Positions 42,944-55,208 of a stretch of DNA of 64,000 bases are shown in pieces. Under the pieces are notes generated by a model. The model searched no databases, was not told the DNA's origin, and saw nothing but the letters and a program-made list of their open reading frames with translations. How positions within the stretch are numbered: position 1 is the first letter of the stretch; the number at the start of each line of letters is the position of its first letter. This DNA is from Eledone cirrhosa (Eukaryota). The position numbers and the translations under genes are program-made. The stretch is taken from assembly GCA_964016885.1 (NCBI GenBank), contig OZ024758.1, positions 16,740,001 through 16,804,000 on the forward strand, in the 5' to 3' direction.

Positions 42944-44188
42944 TATCTATATAAAAGTTAGGCCTCTATCTCCAAACATACAAGATATAGGAAAGCTAAA
43001 ACAAACTGAAATTGTCACCGTCGCAAATGAAGTAACAAAGTAACTTACTGGATTTCTAATCCATTCAGCTGACAAAATTCAGTTGTACCTGTAGTTCGAA
43101 TGGCCAGCTTTGTCATATTCTGTGTAATGCTGAATCTTCCCGAGAACCATGTTAAAAATACACGTGTCTGTGGAATGCTCAACCACTTGCACGTTAATTT
43201 CACGAACAGGCAGTTCCGTTGATCAGATCAACTGCAGCACTCGTCGTGAAGGTATATGGCTTAGTGGTTAGAGCATTGGGCTTGCAATCGAAAGGTTGCG
43301 AGTTCAATTCTCGGACCGGGTGTTGTTTCCTTGAGCAAGACACTTTACTTCACGTTACTCCAGTTTACTCAGCTGTAGAAATGAGATGATAGGACTGGGG
43401 TCCCTATCATTAAATTACCCAAGACACCTCCAACGAGATATAACTTGGAGGAGGCCAGCTAAATCTGCATGGGTGTGAGCTGTCACACACACACACACAC
43501 TCGTCGTCGTAACGGAAGAGTGCCTCAAAGCTAATCACACGGAAGTCAACTTTACCTTTTAATTTTCTGAAGTCGTTAAAATAAAGTATCAGTACCAGTC
43601 TACTATTGGGGTCGACTTTACTGAATTTTTCTTCCCTTATAAAAACCATTCTCCTAATGCTCGTTATTATATTGATATAGAGCTTTTATTCTTTAAAGTG
43701 TCTGATTTTAAACACCAGGAGAGACATAAGTTAAGGCAAACGAAGTTTATGATTTATTTTGAAGATAATTTCATAGAGATCTATCTAACAGATTATGCGT
43801 GATGAATGGAAATAAATTTGTCAGACTTAGAATAAAATTAGATGAAATATGACTTATTATTTTGTCACGTGTCATAAAATGTTTGCTTATATTGAACTAT
43901 TAACGAAGAAATAAATATAAGAAATTGTTTGCACGATTAAAGAAGAGAAACATATGAAGTCAACTAAAGAGAGAGAAAATATAGCCTGAAGTGTGACAAC
44001 AATAAACAGATGTGAACAGGATTTAGAAGAGAGTATTGGCAGAGGGAACATTTCAAGACCGGGCCCGATCATGTTTTTAGTTCTATTATCATGTTCTATA
44101 TACATATAGCTTCGAAAACAATTTTTAGTTACGGGGAAGGTAAGTGAGTTACTACCTTCGAAGGGTTGTAAATAAACTCATTTATATA

Positions 44189-44357
44189 TATAGAAGGAGC
44201 TTCTACAGGACTAGTACTGTTTCATTCAGATGAAATCTTCAGGAAGCTGGGTGTCATATTAAGTTCTGGGTGTCATATTAAGAACTTAATGACACCCAGC
44301 TTCCTGAAGATTTCATCTGAATGAAACAGTACTAGTCCTGTAGAAGCTCCTTCTATA
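44189..44357. mobile_element. Palindrome with duplicated apex; fold-back element, family D
   Basis: tatagaaggagcttctacagg... pairs with ...cctgtagaagctccttctata. ctgggtgtcatattaag is repeated at 44247 and 44266. Hammerhead-like CTGAAGA...GAAAC...GTC at 44304-44337. The - strand leader 44360-44436 contains aggtactcaata; a related leader is at about 55372-55430. Confidence 0.7.
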
Positions 44358-44434
44358 AAATAAAAAAGTATTACTCTGCCATGTATTGAGTACCTTACTT
44401 ACTGTGGTTATCCCCGACTCAACCCGGGACCTAC

Positions 44435-44465
<31 letters not shown>

Positions 44466-44469
<4 letters not shown>

Positions 44470-44770
44470 AAAATTTTATTTAAATTGTTGGGATACAACA
44501 AGCAAATATTTTTATAACTGATATAAAGCACTCGACAAGTATTTGGAGTAGATATACAAAATTAACAAATGGAAACTATATTTATAAAACCATATTTATT
44601 TCATTATACGTTTTATACAACTGGTATATATTATATTTTGTCTGATGAAGGCATACCATAATTTAACTTGGTATCCTTGATATAATGAAATATTTTTATT
44701 TCTTGGTATCCTTGGTATAATGAAATAAATATGGTTTTATAAATATAGTTTCCATTTGTTAATATCGTAT
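44466..44770 (+). mobile_element. Second, diverged copy of fold-back family A
   Basis: Same leader and arm sequence as 7041-7436, but a shorter inverted segment and a damaged hammerhead (GAAA lost). Confidence 0.7.
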
Positions 44771-45035
44771 ATATATATATATATGTTATGGAATACTGTT
44801 AGCTTCTCGCTAAAACAATTTCTATACCTTTCATTTATATATATATATATATATAAGAAGATTTTAGCTCTACATGGCTGAATACAATAAATGTAATCTG
44901 AGTTTTTCAAATATTAATATTAATTGCAATTATGCAAACAAGCCTCAATTTTATAACCATGTCAGTAGAATAAACCCTTAATTCTTGCTCATAGGTTGGC
45001 ATGTGAATTGATTATAATATATATGTGTATTTTTT

Positions 45036-45434
45036 AATTAAACATACGGTATATTACCAAATATACTATACATACATTCATGTATACAACGCTATTTCAG
45101 AGCACCAATCCTAATTTTAAATGTTTGCTGGACCGGCAATCGCTCTGTATAATCAGTTCCTGATTATTACTGGAATTCTATAAGAATCCAGCTTCTATAA
45201 TTTTATTTTCGGCAGAGGTCGGGGAGTACGTTGCTCTGAGGAACACCAAAAGTGTGAAACAGAATCTGTCAGCTTCTCTCCCTTCCTTTGCCGAAAAAAG
45301 AAGTGACATAGTCACTTCTTTAAAATGATAGCGCAAGGTCTTCAAAATTTGTTAAATTAAACATACGGTATATTACCAAATATACTATACATACATTCAT
45401 GTATACATCGCTATTTCAGAGCACCAATCCTAAT
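45036..45434 (+). mobile_element. Hammerhead-containing unit with 80-bp direct repeats (319-bp period), retrozyme/pLTR-like
   Basis: 45036-45115 is nearly identical to 45355-45434, and the unit ends at (TA)n. A partial third copy lies at about 40075-40204. Confidence 0.6.
45206..45297 (+). ncRNA. Type-I hammerhead ribozyme with a GUC cleavage triplet
   Basis: gct-CTGAGGA-acac(caaaa)gtgt-GAAAC-agaatct-GTC-agc at 45233-45273, enclosed by the distal stem ttttcggcagagg (45206-18) / cctttgccgaaaa (45285-97). Confidence 0.75.
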
Positions 45435-46595
45435 ATATATATATATATATATATATAATTTCAGCGAGATCGTATTTCGGCGGCTGCCAAAACAAAATGA
45501 AACGCAATTTTCGAGATATGCCGGAAAGCGCTCAATGGACTAGGAAGAAGCTAGAGCAATTAACATACGTTATAAGGGCCAGACAGACACATTATAAAAA
45601 TGGCTGTGAATCGACAAGCCAGGCAGCCGAAAATACGAGCAAGCTAAACAGGTTAACAACATTTTTTTTACCTTGACCTTCCTGGAACTTGGTGGTAAAA
45701 TCCAGTGGGAGGTTTCTGTGACTCCTAATTCAAGTATACTGTCTGCTTTCTTTGTAAGCTTTTGGTATAATGATCGAACAAGGCAGACACTTTGTCAACA
45801 GGTTTTTGCTCTCAACCGCCTTCCAGGTTCAAATGAAGTATTAGTGAAGCCACTACCTCATATATATATATATATATACATTTTCTGATGGTAGGAGAGG
45901 GTGGTGATTGGGATGGGTGGAGGTCATTATATGTGACAGAGAGAGAGAGCGAGAGTGTGTGTGTGCGTGCGTGTGTGTGTGTGCATGTGCGTGTGTATAT
46001 ATACAAATGTTGTATTACAATTAATCCTTCGTGTGTGTTCCGAAGGGATTTGTTGAGCAAAATGTAAAGAACGAGATCGAAATCAGTGGATATAGATCGT
46101 GTCAGTTCATTGTGATATAAGCTACAAAGCATCTAAATTTAACCTCAACTTCATAAGACTCAAACATCAGATGGATTAACTAATTAACTAGAAAAATCCT
46201 TAAATAATTAAACTACTGAAATGTCTTTATCAACCAGTTAAATAACAATAGCAAAGTATCTACTTCTCAAAAGACGTCTTATTACAGTTGTTACAAGATT
46301 TGAACTGTTGGCCTTTTTCTAGTTGAGCACCTTCTTGTAATTTTGACAACCCGAGTCTTAAGTATATATATTTAAACTATTTAAATTTATTCAGTTAAAA
46401 TACACATCCTTTCTTTCACTGTCACTTGCAATATCTATATCTATCTATCTATCATTCCCACAAACATAAACACAAACTATCTATTGCTAATTCTCACTCT
46501 CACACATTTCCACCCGCACAGGCTCTCTCTCTCTCACTGCCAGCTGCAATCTCCCTCTGTTGATCATTCTCAAGAACTCTCTCTCTCTCTCCTTT

Positions 46596-46633
<38 letters not shown>

Positions 46634-47176
46634 TCTATTGCTCTTTGCCACTCTCAAATTCCCACCACATAGAGAGAGAGAGAGAGAGAGCCTATCTATC
46701 TATCTACCTATCACCCCCCCCCCCACACACACACAAACTATCTATCGCTCATTCCCACTCACTCACGCTCTCTCTCTCCCTGTCAGTTGTAATCTCCCTC
46801 TCTTATTTCCATACACACACACTCTCCCACTCTCCCTATCACATTCGTAGATACATATTAATAATGTTTCTACTATTGGCACAAGGCCAGCAATTACCCA
46901 GTACATTACTGGTACTTTATTTTATCGACCCCGTAAGGATGAAAGGCAAAGTTAACCTTGGCGGGATCTGAACTCAGAATGGCAAGGGCCGTAACTCTAT
47001 GCGTCAAAGCATGACGTCCGATCCTCTACCGATAATGCCATTAATACTGATATATAACTAATACAACCGTCTGGTTTTCTTTGAAATTTCATATTGAAAT
47101 AATCAGAAAATGAATTAAGTATAATCATACACTTTTCATTACGTTAAGAGAGCGAGAGCGAGAGAGAGAGAGAGAG

Positions 47177-47225
<49 letters not shown>

Positions 47226-47368
47226 TCTATATATATATATATTATGGAATACTGTTGGCTTCTTGCTACAATACTTTCTATACCTTTCATTTATATATAT
47301 ATACACACACATATCTATCTATATATATATAATATATATATACACACACACACATATATATCTATCTA

Positions 47369-47399
<31 letters not shown>

Positions 47400-47506
47400 T
47401 TTAGACACACATATCTATCTATCTCTCTCTCTATATATATATACACACACATATCTATCTCTCTCTCTATATATATATATATATAATATATATATATACA
47501 CACACA

Positions 47507-47546
<40 letters not shown>

Positions 47547-49764
47547 CATATCTATATATATATAATATATATATATACACACATTTATATATACACACAT
47601 TTATATATATATATATACACACATCTATATATATATATATATATATAATATATATATATATAATATATATATATACACATATCTATCTATATATATATAT
47701 ACACACACACATATCTATATCTATATATATATATATATATACATATACACATATCTATCTATATATATATATACACACACACACATATCTATATCTATAT
47801 ACATATACACACACACATATCTATATCTATATATATATCTATATATACATATACACATATCTATATATACATATATACATATCTATATATACATATATAC
47901 ATATCTATATATACATATACACATATCTATATATACATATACACATATCTATATATACATATATAAGAATTATTTTTTTCTTAGTTCCTTTGTCATCGCA
48001 AAGACGACGAAGACGAAGAAAAAGAAGAAAAAGAAGAAAAAGAAGAAAAAGAAGAAAAAGAAGAAAAAGAAGAAAAAGACGAAAAAGAAGACGAAGAAGA
48101 ATAAGATTCATTTGGAAGAAAAACTAATTACCAGGAAATAAAATAAATTAGTAATCTTTAAGTAAAAAGCTAAAAAATGATGAATTCAGGAATTATCGAG
48201 ATTAAATCGCGTAAGATCAGTAATGGCGATAGAAAAAGAAGTCTGATTCGCTTTCTATCGGTTTTATCTCTCTTCTCGACATTTTCCCTAGACAGAAACG
48301 TTGTGATGAAATTGGTGATAGGAGCTGTATGTTTTAAGTTACCGTTTGTATTCTCGGTGACGGAGGCCGTTGGGGTGGGATGGGATGGGATGGGAATAGT
48401 TGATCGTAGGTTGAGGTGGGTGGTGGTAGTGAACCATAGATTATTTGCTCTATTGATAGATAGATGGAGAGAGAGAGAGAGATATGGAGAGAGGGAGAGA
48501 GAGAGAGGGAGAGAGAGAGATGGAGAGAGAGAGAGAGATGGAGAGAGAGAGGGAGAGAGAGAGAGATGGGGAGAGAGAGAGAGATGGGGAGAGAGAGAGG
48601 TGGGGAGAGAGAGGTGGGGAGAGAGAGAGAGATGGGGAGAGAGAGATGGGGAGAGAGAGAGGGGTGGGGAGAGAGAGAGGGGTGGGGAGAGAGAGAGGGG
48701 TGGGGAGAGAGAGAGGGGTGGGGAGAGAGAGAGGGGTGGGGAGAGAGAGAGGGGTGGGGGGAGAGAGAGAGGGGTGGGGAGAGAGAGAGGGGTGGGGAGA
48801 GAGAGAGAGGTGGGGAGAGAGAGAGAGATGGGGAGAGAGAGAGAGATGGGGAGAGAGAGAGATGGGGAGAGAGAGAGAGAGATGGGGAGAGAGAGAGATG
48901 GAGAGATAGAGAGATGGAGAGAGAGAGAGCTGGAGAGAGAGAGAGATGGGGAGAGAGAGAGATGGGGAGAGAGAGAGATGGAGAGAGAGAGAGATGGAGA
49001 GATAGAGAGATGGAGAGAGAGAGAGCTGGAGAGAGAGAGAGATGGGGAGAGAGAGAGATCGGGGAGAGAGATCGGGGAGAGAGAGATCGGGGAGAGAGAG
49101 ATGGGGAGAGAGAGATGGGGAGAGAGATCGGGGGGAGAGAGATGGGGAGAGAGATTTGGAGAGAGATAGGGGGAGAGAGATGGGGAGAGAGATTTGGAGA
49201 GAGATACAAACATACCTACATAGATATTTAGATTGGTACATAGATAAGCGTTTAATTTAATTGTCAAAATTATTACATTACAAAATAATAGAATATAATA
49301 TTGGATACGTATATACTCTACTACTGTCTGTAATTGGTTAAGAATGAAAAGAAAGAATTCTAATCAAAGAAATAATAGTCAAACACCACCAGTCTGTTAT
49401 TGAAACGTATCAGACGATCGGGACCTTAAATGTCCTCCACAACATTGAAGTTATATAATATATGAAAGAAAGAATAACTGAAAAGATAATTAAATATTGA
49501 CCATTCAAAGAAGGGCAGTTTGACTCAAAATATTATATCAATATATAATAAATGTTATATGAATGAATAATTGTTTCTACTTTTGGCACAAGGCCAGCAA
49601 TTAACCCAGTGTATTACTGGTACTTTATTTTATCGACCCCGTAAGGATGAAAGGCAAAGTTAACCTCGGCGGGATTTGAACTCAGAATGGCAAGGACCGT
49701 AACTCTATGCGTCAAAGCATGGCGTCCGACCCTCTACTGGTACTGCCATGAATGAATAATGAAT

Positions 49765-50700
49765 AAATATAGAAGTAAATAAAATATAGAAATATAGAAA
49801 TAAAATATAGAAATATAGAAATAACAGAAATATATACATAAAATATAGAAATATAGAAATAACATAGAAATATATAAATAAAATATAGAAATATAGAAAT
49901 AACATAGAAATTTATAAATAAAATATAGAAATATAGAAATAACATAGAAATATATAAATAAAATATAGAAATAACATATAGAAATGTATAAATAAAATAT
50001 AGAAATATAGAAATAACAGAAATATATAAATAAAATATAGAAATATAGAAATAACATAGAAATATATACATAAAATATAGAAATATAGAAATAACAGAAA
50101 TATATAAATAAAATATAGAAATATAGAAATAACATATAAATATAGAAATAAAATATAGAAATATATAAATAACATAGAAATATATAAATAAAATATAGAA
50201 ATATAGAAATAACATATATAAATAAAATATATAAATAAAATATAGAAATATAGAAATAAAATATAGAAATATAGAAATAAAATATAGAAATATAGAAATA
50301 TAGAAATAAAATATAGAAATATAGAAATAACAGAAATATAGAAATAACATAGAAATATAGAATTATAGAAATAACATATAGAAATAAAATATAGAAATAT
50401 AGAAATAACATAGAAATATATAAATAAAATATAGAAATATAGAAATAACATAGAAATATAGAAATAAAATATAGAAATATATAAATAAAATATAGAAATA
50501 TAGAAATAACATAGAGATATAGAAATAACATAGAGATATAGAAATAAAATATAGAAATATAGAAATAACATAGAAATATATAAATAAAATATAGAAATAT
50601 AGAAATAACATATATAAATATATAAATAAAATATAGAAATAACATAGAAATATAAAAATAAAATGTAGAAATATATAAATAAAATGTAGAAATAATATAT
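49765..50700. repeat. Degenerate (AAATATAG)-based satellite
   Basis: Permutations of aaatatagaaatatagaaataacatag. Confidence 0.85.
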
Positions 50701-51673
50701 AAATAATAGATAAAAAATATATATAAAATATACAAAATATAGAAATAACTAACAAATAAATGAATAAATAGAATGTAGAAAATATAGAAAAAAATAATAT
50801 ATATAAAATATATAAATAAATACGTAAATAAATAAAATACAAACATGATTATGTAAATAAATATATAGCGTAAATAAATAAATACCATATATAAATAACT
50901 AAATAGAATATACAAATACTATGAGTAAATAAATATATATTCAGCTGAGTATACTGGAGTAACATGAAATGAAATGTTTTCCTCAAGAACACAACACGCA
51001 ACCCAACCCAGCAATCGAACCTACGACATTATAATCGTAAGTTCAACGCCCTTACCACTGAACTACGTGCCTCACTGAAATATCACATGCACCTCTACTT
51101 TTCCTCATTTTTCTCTACTTGGTAGGAAAAAGGTTGTATAGCATTAATTTATTCGATGTTGCCTGCCTAAGGCAAAAAACAACAACACCATCAAATACTG
51201 TTTACATAATATGTTAGCTGTACCTATTACAATCTGTTACATAGTGTGATCTACAATAAATTCGATATCTTGAGGAAAATGTGTTTTGAACGTTTCTTTG
51301 TGAAATAGATATATAAAGCGCTTGTGAATAAATTTCTATTCTGTTTAGTTGTTAGATAGTCTGGAAATGGGAGACCACCTGTAAACTACAGAACAAAGGC
51401 TATATAATGCGTAGAAATATATACGTATGTAACACAAACACAAAAATATACACAAATATCTATATATACGTGTGAGTATGTATGCATGTGAGTGTTATAT
51501 TTAAAATGCGATGTCTATTATTGCTTAATAAACAAGTTGATGTGTTTTTCTTTCATTTGAATACGAATTCCTGTATAACCAGTTTACTTTATGTGCAGGT
51601 ATTTTACATTTATAAGATTTGATTTTACCTAAAGAAAAAGAAGCGCTACAGACAGACGTACACACACGCACAT

Positions 51674-51712
<39 letters not shown>

Positions 51713-51714
<2 letters not shown>

Positions 51715-51835
51715 AAAATGTTTAACCCCGACGGCAGAGCTCAAGCCGTTTCGACGGCTATATAGCCGTCGAAACAGCTTGAGCTCTGCCGTCGGGGTTA
51801 AACATTTTCCTATTACCCACTCTACTACCCTAAGT
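51713..51835 (-). mobile_element. Family E copy with a different fold point
   Basis: Palindrome 51713-51810 centred on gcta-tatagc, followed by the family E leader in reverse. Confidence 0.72.
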
Positions 51836-52957
51836 AGCTGATCTCTAATCTGTTGCAAACTGGCATTACAAGTGCAACACAACCTCACTGCCCGAAATTG
51901 TACGCAGGCAAGGTGGCTGATGAGGTAAGATACAGCTAACTGATAATCATATCTAATTGTTGGTTACATATATTAGAGACGGATATCCTTTTTTCCAGGA
52001 AGAGGAAGCAAACTCTGTATAAACTGGATAACTAAATAATTGCAGATGTCTTAGTTTTTCAATTTGCAAAGAAGAAGAAAAAGAAAGAAAAAAAAAGGAA
52101 AAAAAAAAAGAAAAAGAAAAAGAAAGAAAAAGAAAAAAGTAAAAGAAAAAGAAGAATAAGAAGAAAAACGAAAAAGACGAAGAAAAAGACGACGACGAAG
52201 AAAAAGAAGAAAAAGACGACGACGAAGAAAAAGACGACGACGAAGAAAAAGAAGAAAAAGAAAAAAAAGAAAAAGAAAAAGAAAAAGAAAAAGAAAAAGA
52301 AAAAGAAGAAAAGAAAATGAAAAAGGAGAAAAGAAAATGAAAAAGGAGAAAAAGAAAAAGACGACGACGATGACGATGAAGTGGAAGAAAAAGACGAGGT
52401 CGACGACGAAGCAGGCGAAAGCGACGAAAAATGTCTGCCAAATCTTATTTAAATATAAAGACAGACAGACAAACTAAAAGTGGAAAACTACTGCTGAATT
52501 TGTTGCAACTTGATTGAGCAATTATTCAATATATAATAAAACAGTTTGAAAATTTCAATTAACAATATTAATGACATGACCATTTTAAATTGATCTTTTA
52601 TTCGTGTGTGTTTTTGATATTTTTGTCGTTGTTTGTATTTTGACGTATTGTAATTTACCATAGAAAATACACACATCACCAGGAAAATAAATGTAGCTTC
52701 ATACTAAACAAAAAAAAAAAACAAAAAAAAACGACAAACAACCAAAAATCTAATAAATAAAGTTTAAAAAATAAATAAAAGAAACTTAAATATTATTGAG
52801 TGTCAAAAATAAGTCAATTTCTAAATTGAATTAATGAAGATTAGAATGCATCATTATAAAACGCTTGTTACTAAACACATCGAGAATTAAAACTTTATCT
52901 GACAGCGCCAATCATTTAATTCGACTACTAAGATTTCTATCACAGGAACATGGCCTC

Positions 52958-52992
<35 letters not shown>

Positions 52993-53253
52993 TTTGTCAA
53001 GTCCTGACACATTTGAATTTTTTTTTATTTTCCTACTGCTATTTTGGTATCTAAACAAAGGAAGGTGACCCCGATCCCGAGCCAGCTTTTTGAGAAACAT
53101 TTGTAAGCAGGATTGAGCAATAAATATCCTATGCAACATCTTCACATTGTTATATATATATATGTGTGTGTGTGTATATATACGTAATGGAACGTTGGTT
53201 GTTCAATAAACAGAATCTATATATAAAACCGTCTCTCTTCTTTATAATATATA

Positions 53254-54044
53254 TCTATATATCTCCTTATAATATATAACCAGCAATTTCTCTGTCTGCC
53301 CGACAGTGGAAACACGTGCGCGCGTGGTTGCTATATCTCTCTCTCTCTCCAGCTATCCCTCTCTTTTAGTCTGTCTGTTTCTCTCACTCTTTCTCTTTGT
53401 AACACACTAACATTCCTCCCCTCTATCGCTGTGACGAATGGGGAGATGGAGGAGGAGGAGGAGGAGAGAGTCACTTCGTCACTTCAGCTCTGCCTTTCTT
53501 TCTCTCCCCTCTCACTCCCTCATTACGTACAGACATTAGGGCGGTGGATTGGCAGAATCTGTAGAGAGTCGGACACCATGCTTCATAGCATGGAGTTACG
53601 TCCCTTTACGGTATGATTTCAAATACCGCCGAGGTTAACTTTGAAGGAAACATTACCTTCCCCTCTCCACTGACTTTGGCCACTGAGGCCGAGGTAATCG
53701 CTGGTTGCTATAGAGACACCTTGCACAAGCCAGAAGTAACCAGTGCGAGGCGGTTCTGACTTCACACCATGCCAAGGACCATTTGAAGATATATTTCCAT
53801 TATTATGTATCATAACGTTTATATTTCCGTCACTAATCTCTTTTTCTCCTTTTTCGTTTTAACATATATTTATTTCAAAGATTTCACCGTATAGATAACA
53901 TATATATTTATACATGCATAAAAGACACAACGAGAGACGGTGAACATGTGGTGCCGAAAACATTTCTCATCCAAATCTCAACAATATCAGTATATACACT
54001 AGATTTGCTAGCAGAAAACCGCCCACCGGGTGGTTTTCTGCTAG
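53254..54044 (+). mobile_element. Non-autonomous Helitron with a nested degenerate SINE (about 53538-53730)
   Basis: A|TC start at 53254. Ends with the hairpin ctagcagaaaacc...ggttttctgCTAG, directly followed by the TC of the next Helitron. Confidence 0.5.
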
Positions 54045-54455
54045 TCTATATATATAAAAGAAAGTCGGTCTGCGTGTGTGTGTGTGGCTGTCTGTGTACA
54101 AATACTAGGCTCCTTTTAACTTTTTAAGTACCTGGCCGATTTCAACCAAATATGGCACACATATTGCTTATAGGCCAGAGCAGGTTTTGGACAAAAATAA
54201 ATTTGAAAAAGATCGATATTGGGGCCGCAAAATCGATTTTGTGTGTGTATCTGTCTGTGTACAAATACTAGGCTCCTTTTAACTTTTGAAGTACTAGGCC
54301 GATTTGGCACGTGCTATTGAGGCGACCTCTCATTCGCTAGCCAATTAGCTGACATAAGCTGACATGCACTCAGAAATTGTTAGCCAAGCCATAAACGACC
54401 TTGAACAATTTAGGCTGTTATCCATTTCCCGAACAACGCCGGGTACATCTGCTAG
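54045..54455 (+). mobile_element. Non-autonomous Helitron
   Basis: Starts TCTATATATATAAAAG with a (TG)/(GTCT)-type tract and ends caacgccgggtacatctgCTAG|T. Confidence 0.7.
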
Positions 54456-54729
54456 TATATTATAAAGAAGAGAGACGGTTTTATATATAGATTCTGTTTA
54501 TATATATATATATATAACAACGTGAAGATGTTACATAGGATATTTATTGCTCAATCCTGCTTACAAATGTTTCTCAAATAGCTAGCTCGGGATCGGGGTC
54601 ACCTCCCTTTGTTTAGATACCAAAATAGCAGTAGGAAAATAAAAAAAAAATTCAAATGTGTCAGGACTTGACAAAGTAACAAATGTACTTCTGAGCATAT
54701 TATATGTATGCATGTATATATGTATGTAT

Positions 54730-55208
54730 GTTCTTCTGGTTTTATAATTTCACAAAGTTTTACCAATAGAGAGAGAGTCGGTTTCTAACATAGACACAAG
54801 ACTCTCTCATTGGAATTTACACAACATCAACTAGGTAGATATGTATGTATGCATGTGTAGATATGGATGTTATTGTATGTGTGGATGAGTATGTTTGAGT
54901 TGTATGTGTGCATATGTATATGCTTTGTATATGTACATGTGTATATGCAGTTACTAAATGCAACATTTTTGCAATGTTTTACATATTTTTACTGTTCCAT
55001 TAATGGATTGTACTTGTAATTTCCTAATTGGTTGTGTTCTTTCTGTTCCTGTGAAGCCTAGCTTCTCAAGATTTGTACTGAGGCAGTTACTAACATACCC
55101 CAGTGCCCCAATAATCACTGGCAAAAATCTGAAGGTGTAATCAGGGTGGAGTATCTGCACATTTCTCATCAGTTCTGCATAAATATTCTCCTTTTCACTA
55201 ATCTTTGA
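54730..55208 (-). mobile_element. 5'-truncated non-LTR retrotransposon with restriction-like endonuclease C-terminus (R4/Dong-like)
   Basis: ORF end EKENIYAELMRNVQILHPDYTFRFLPVIIGALGYV...LG...IRKLQVQSINGTVKI matches the K..Y..L...PV.IGALG...LQ...GT..I pattern of RLE-clade elements. 3'UTR hairpin at 54762-54813; both ends are in (TACA)n. Confidence 0.72.

Noticed and set aside
48170-49267. RE-rich and LS-rich ORFs
   Set aside because: Translations of the (GA)n tract.
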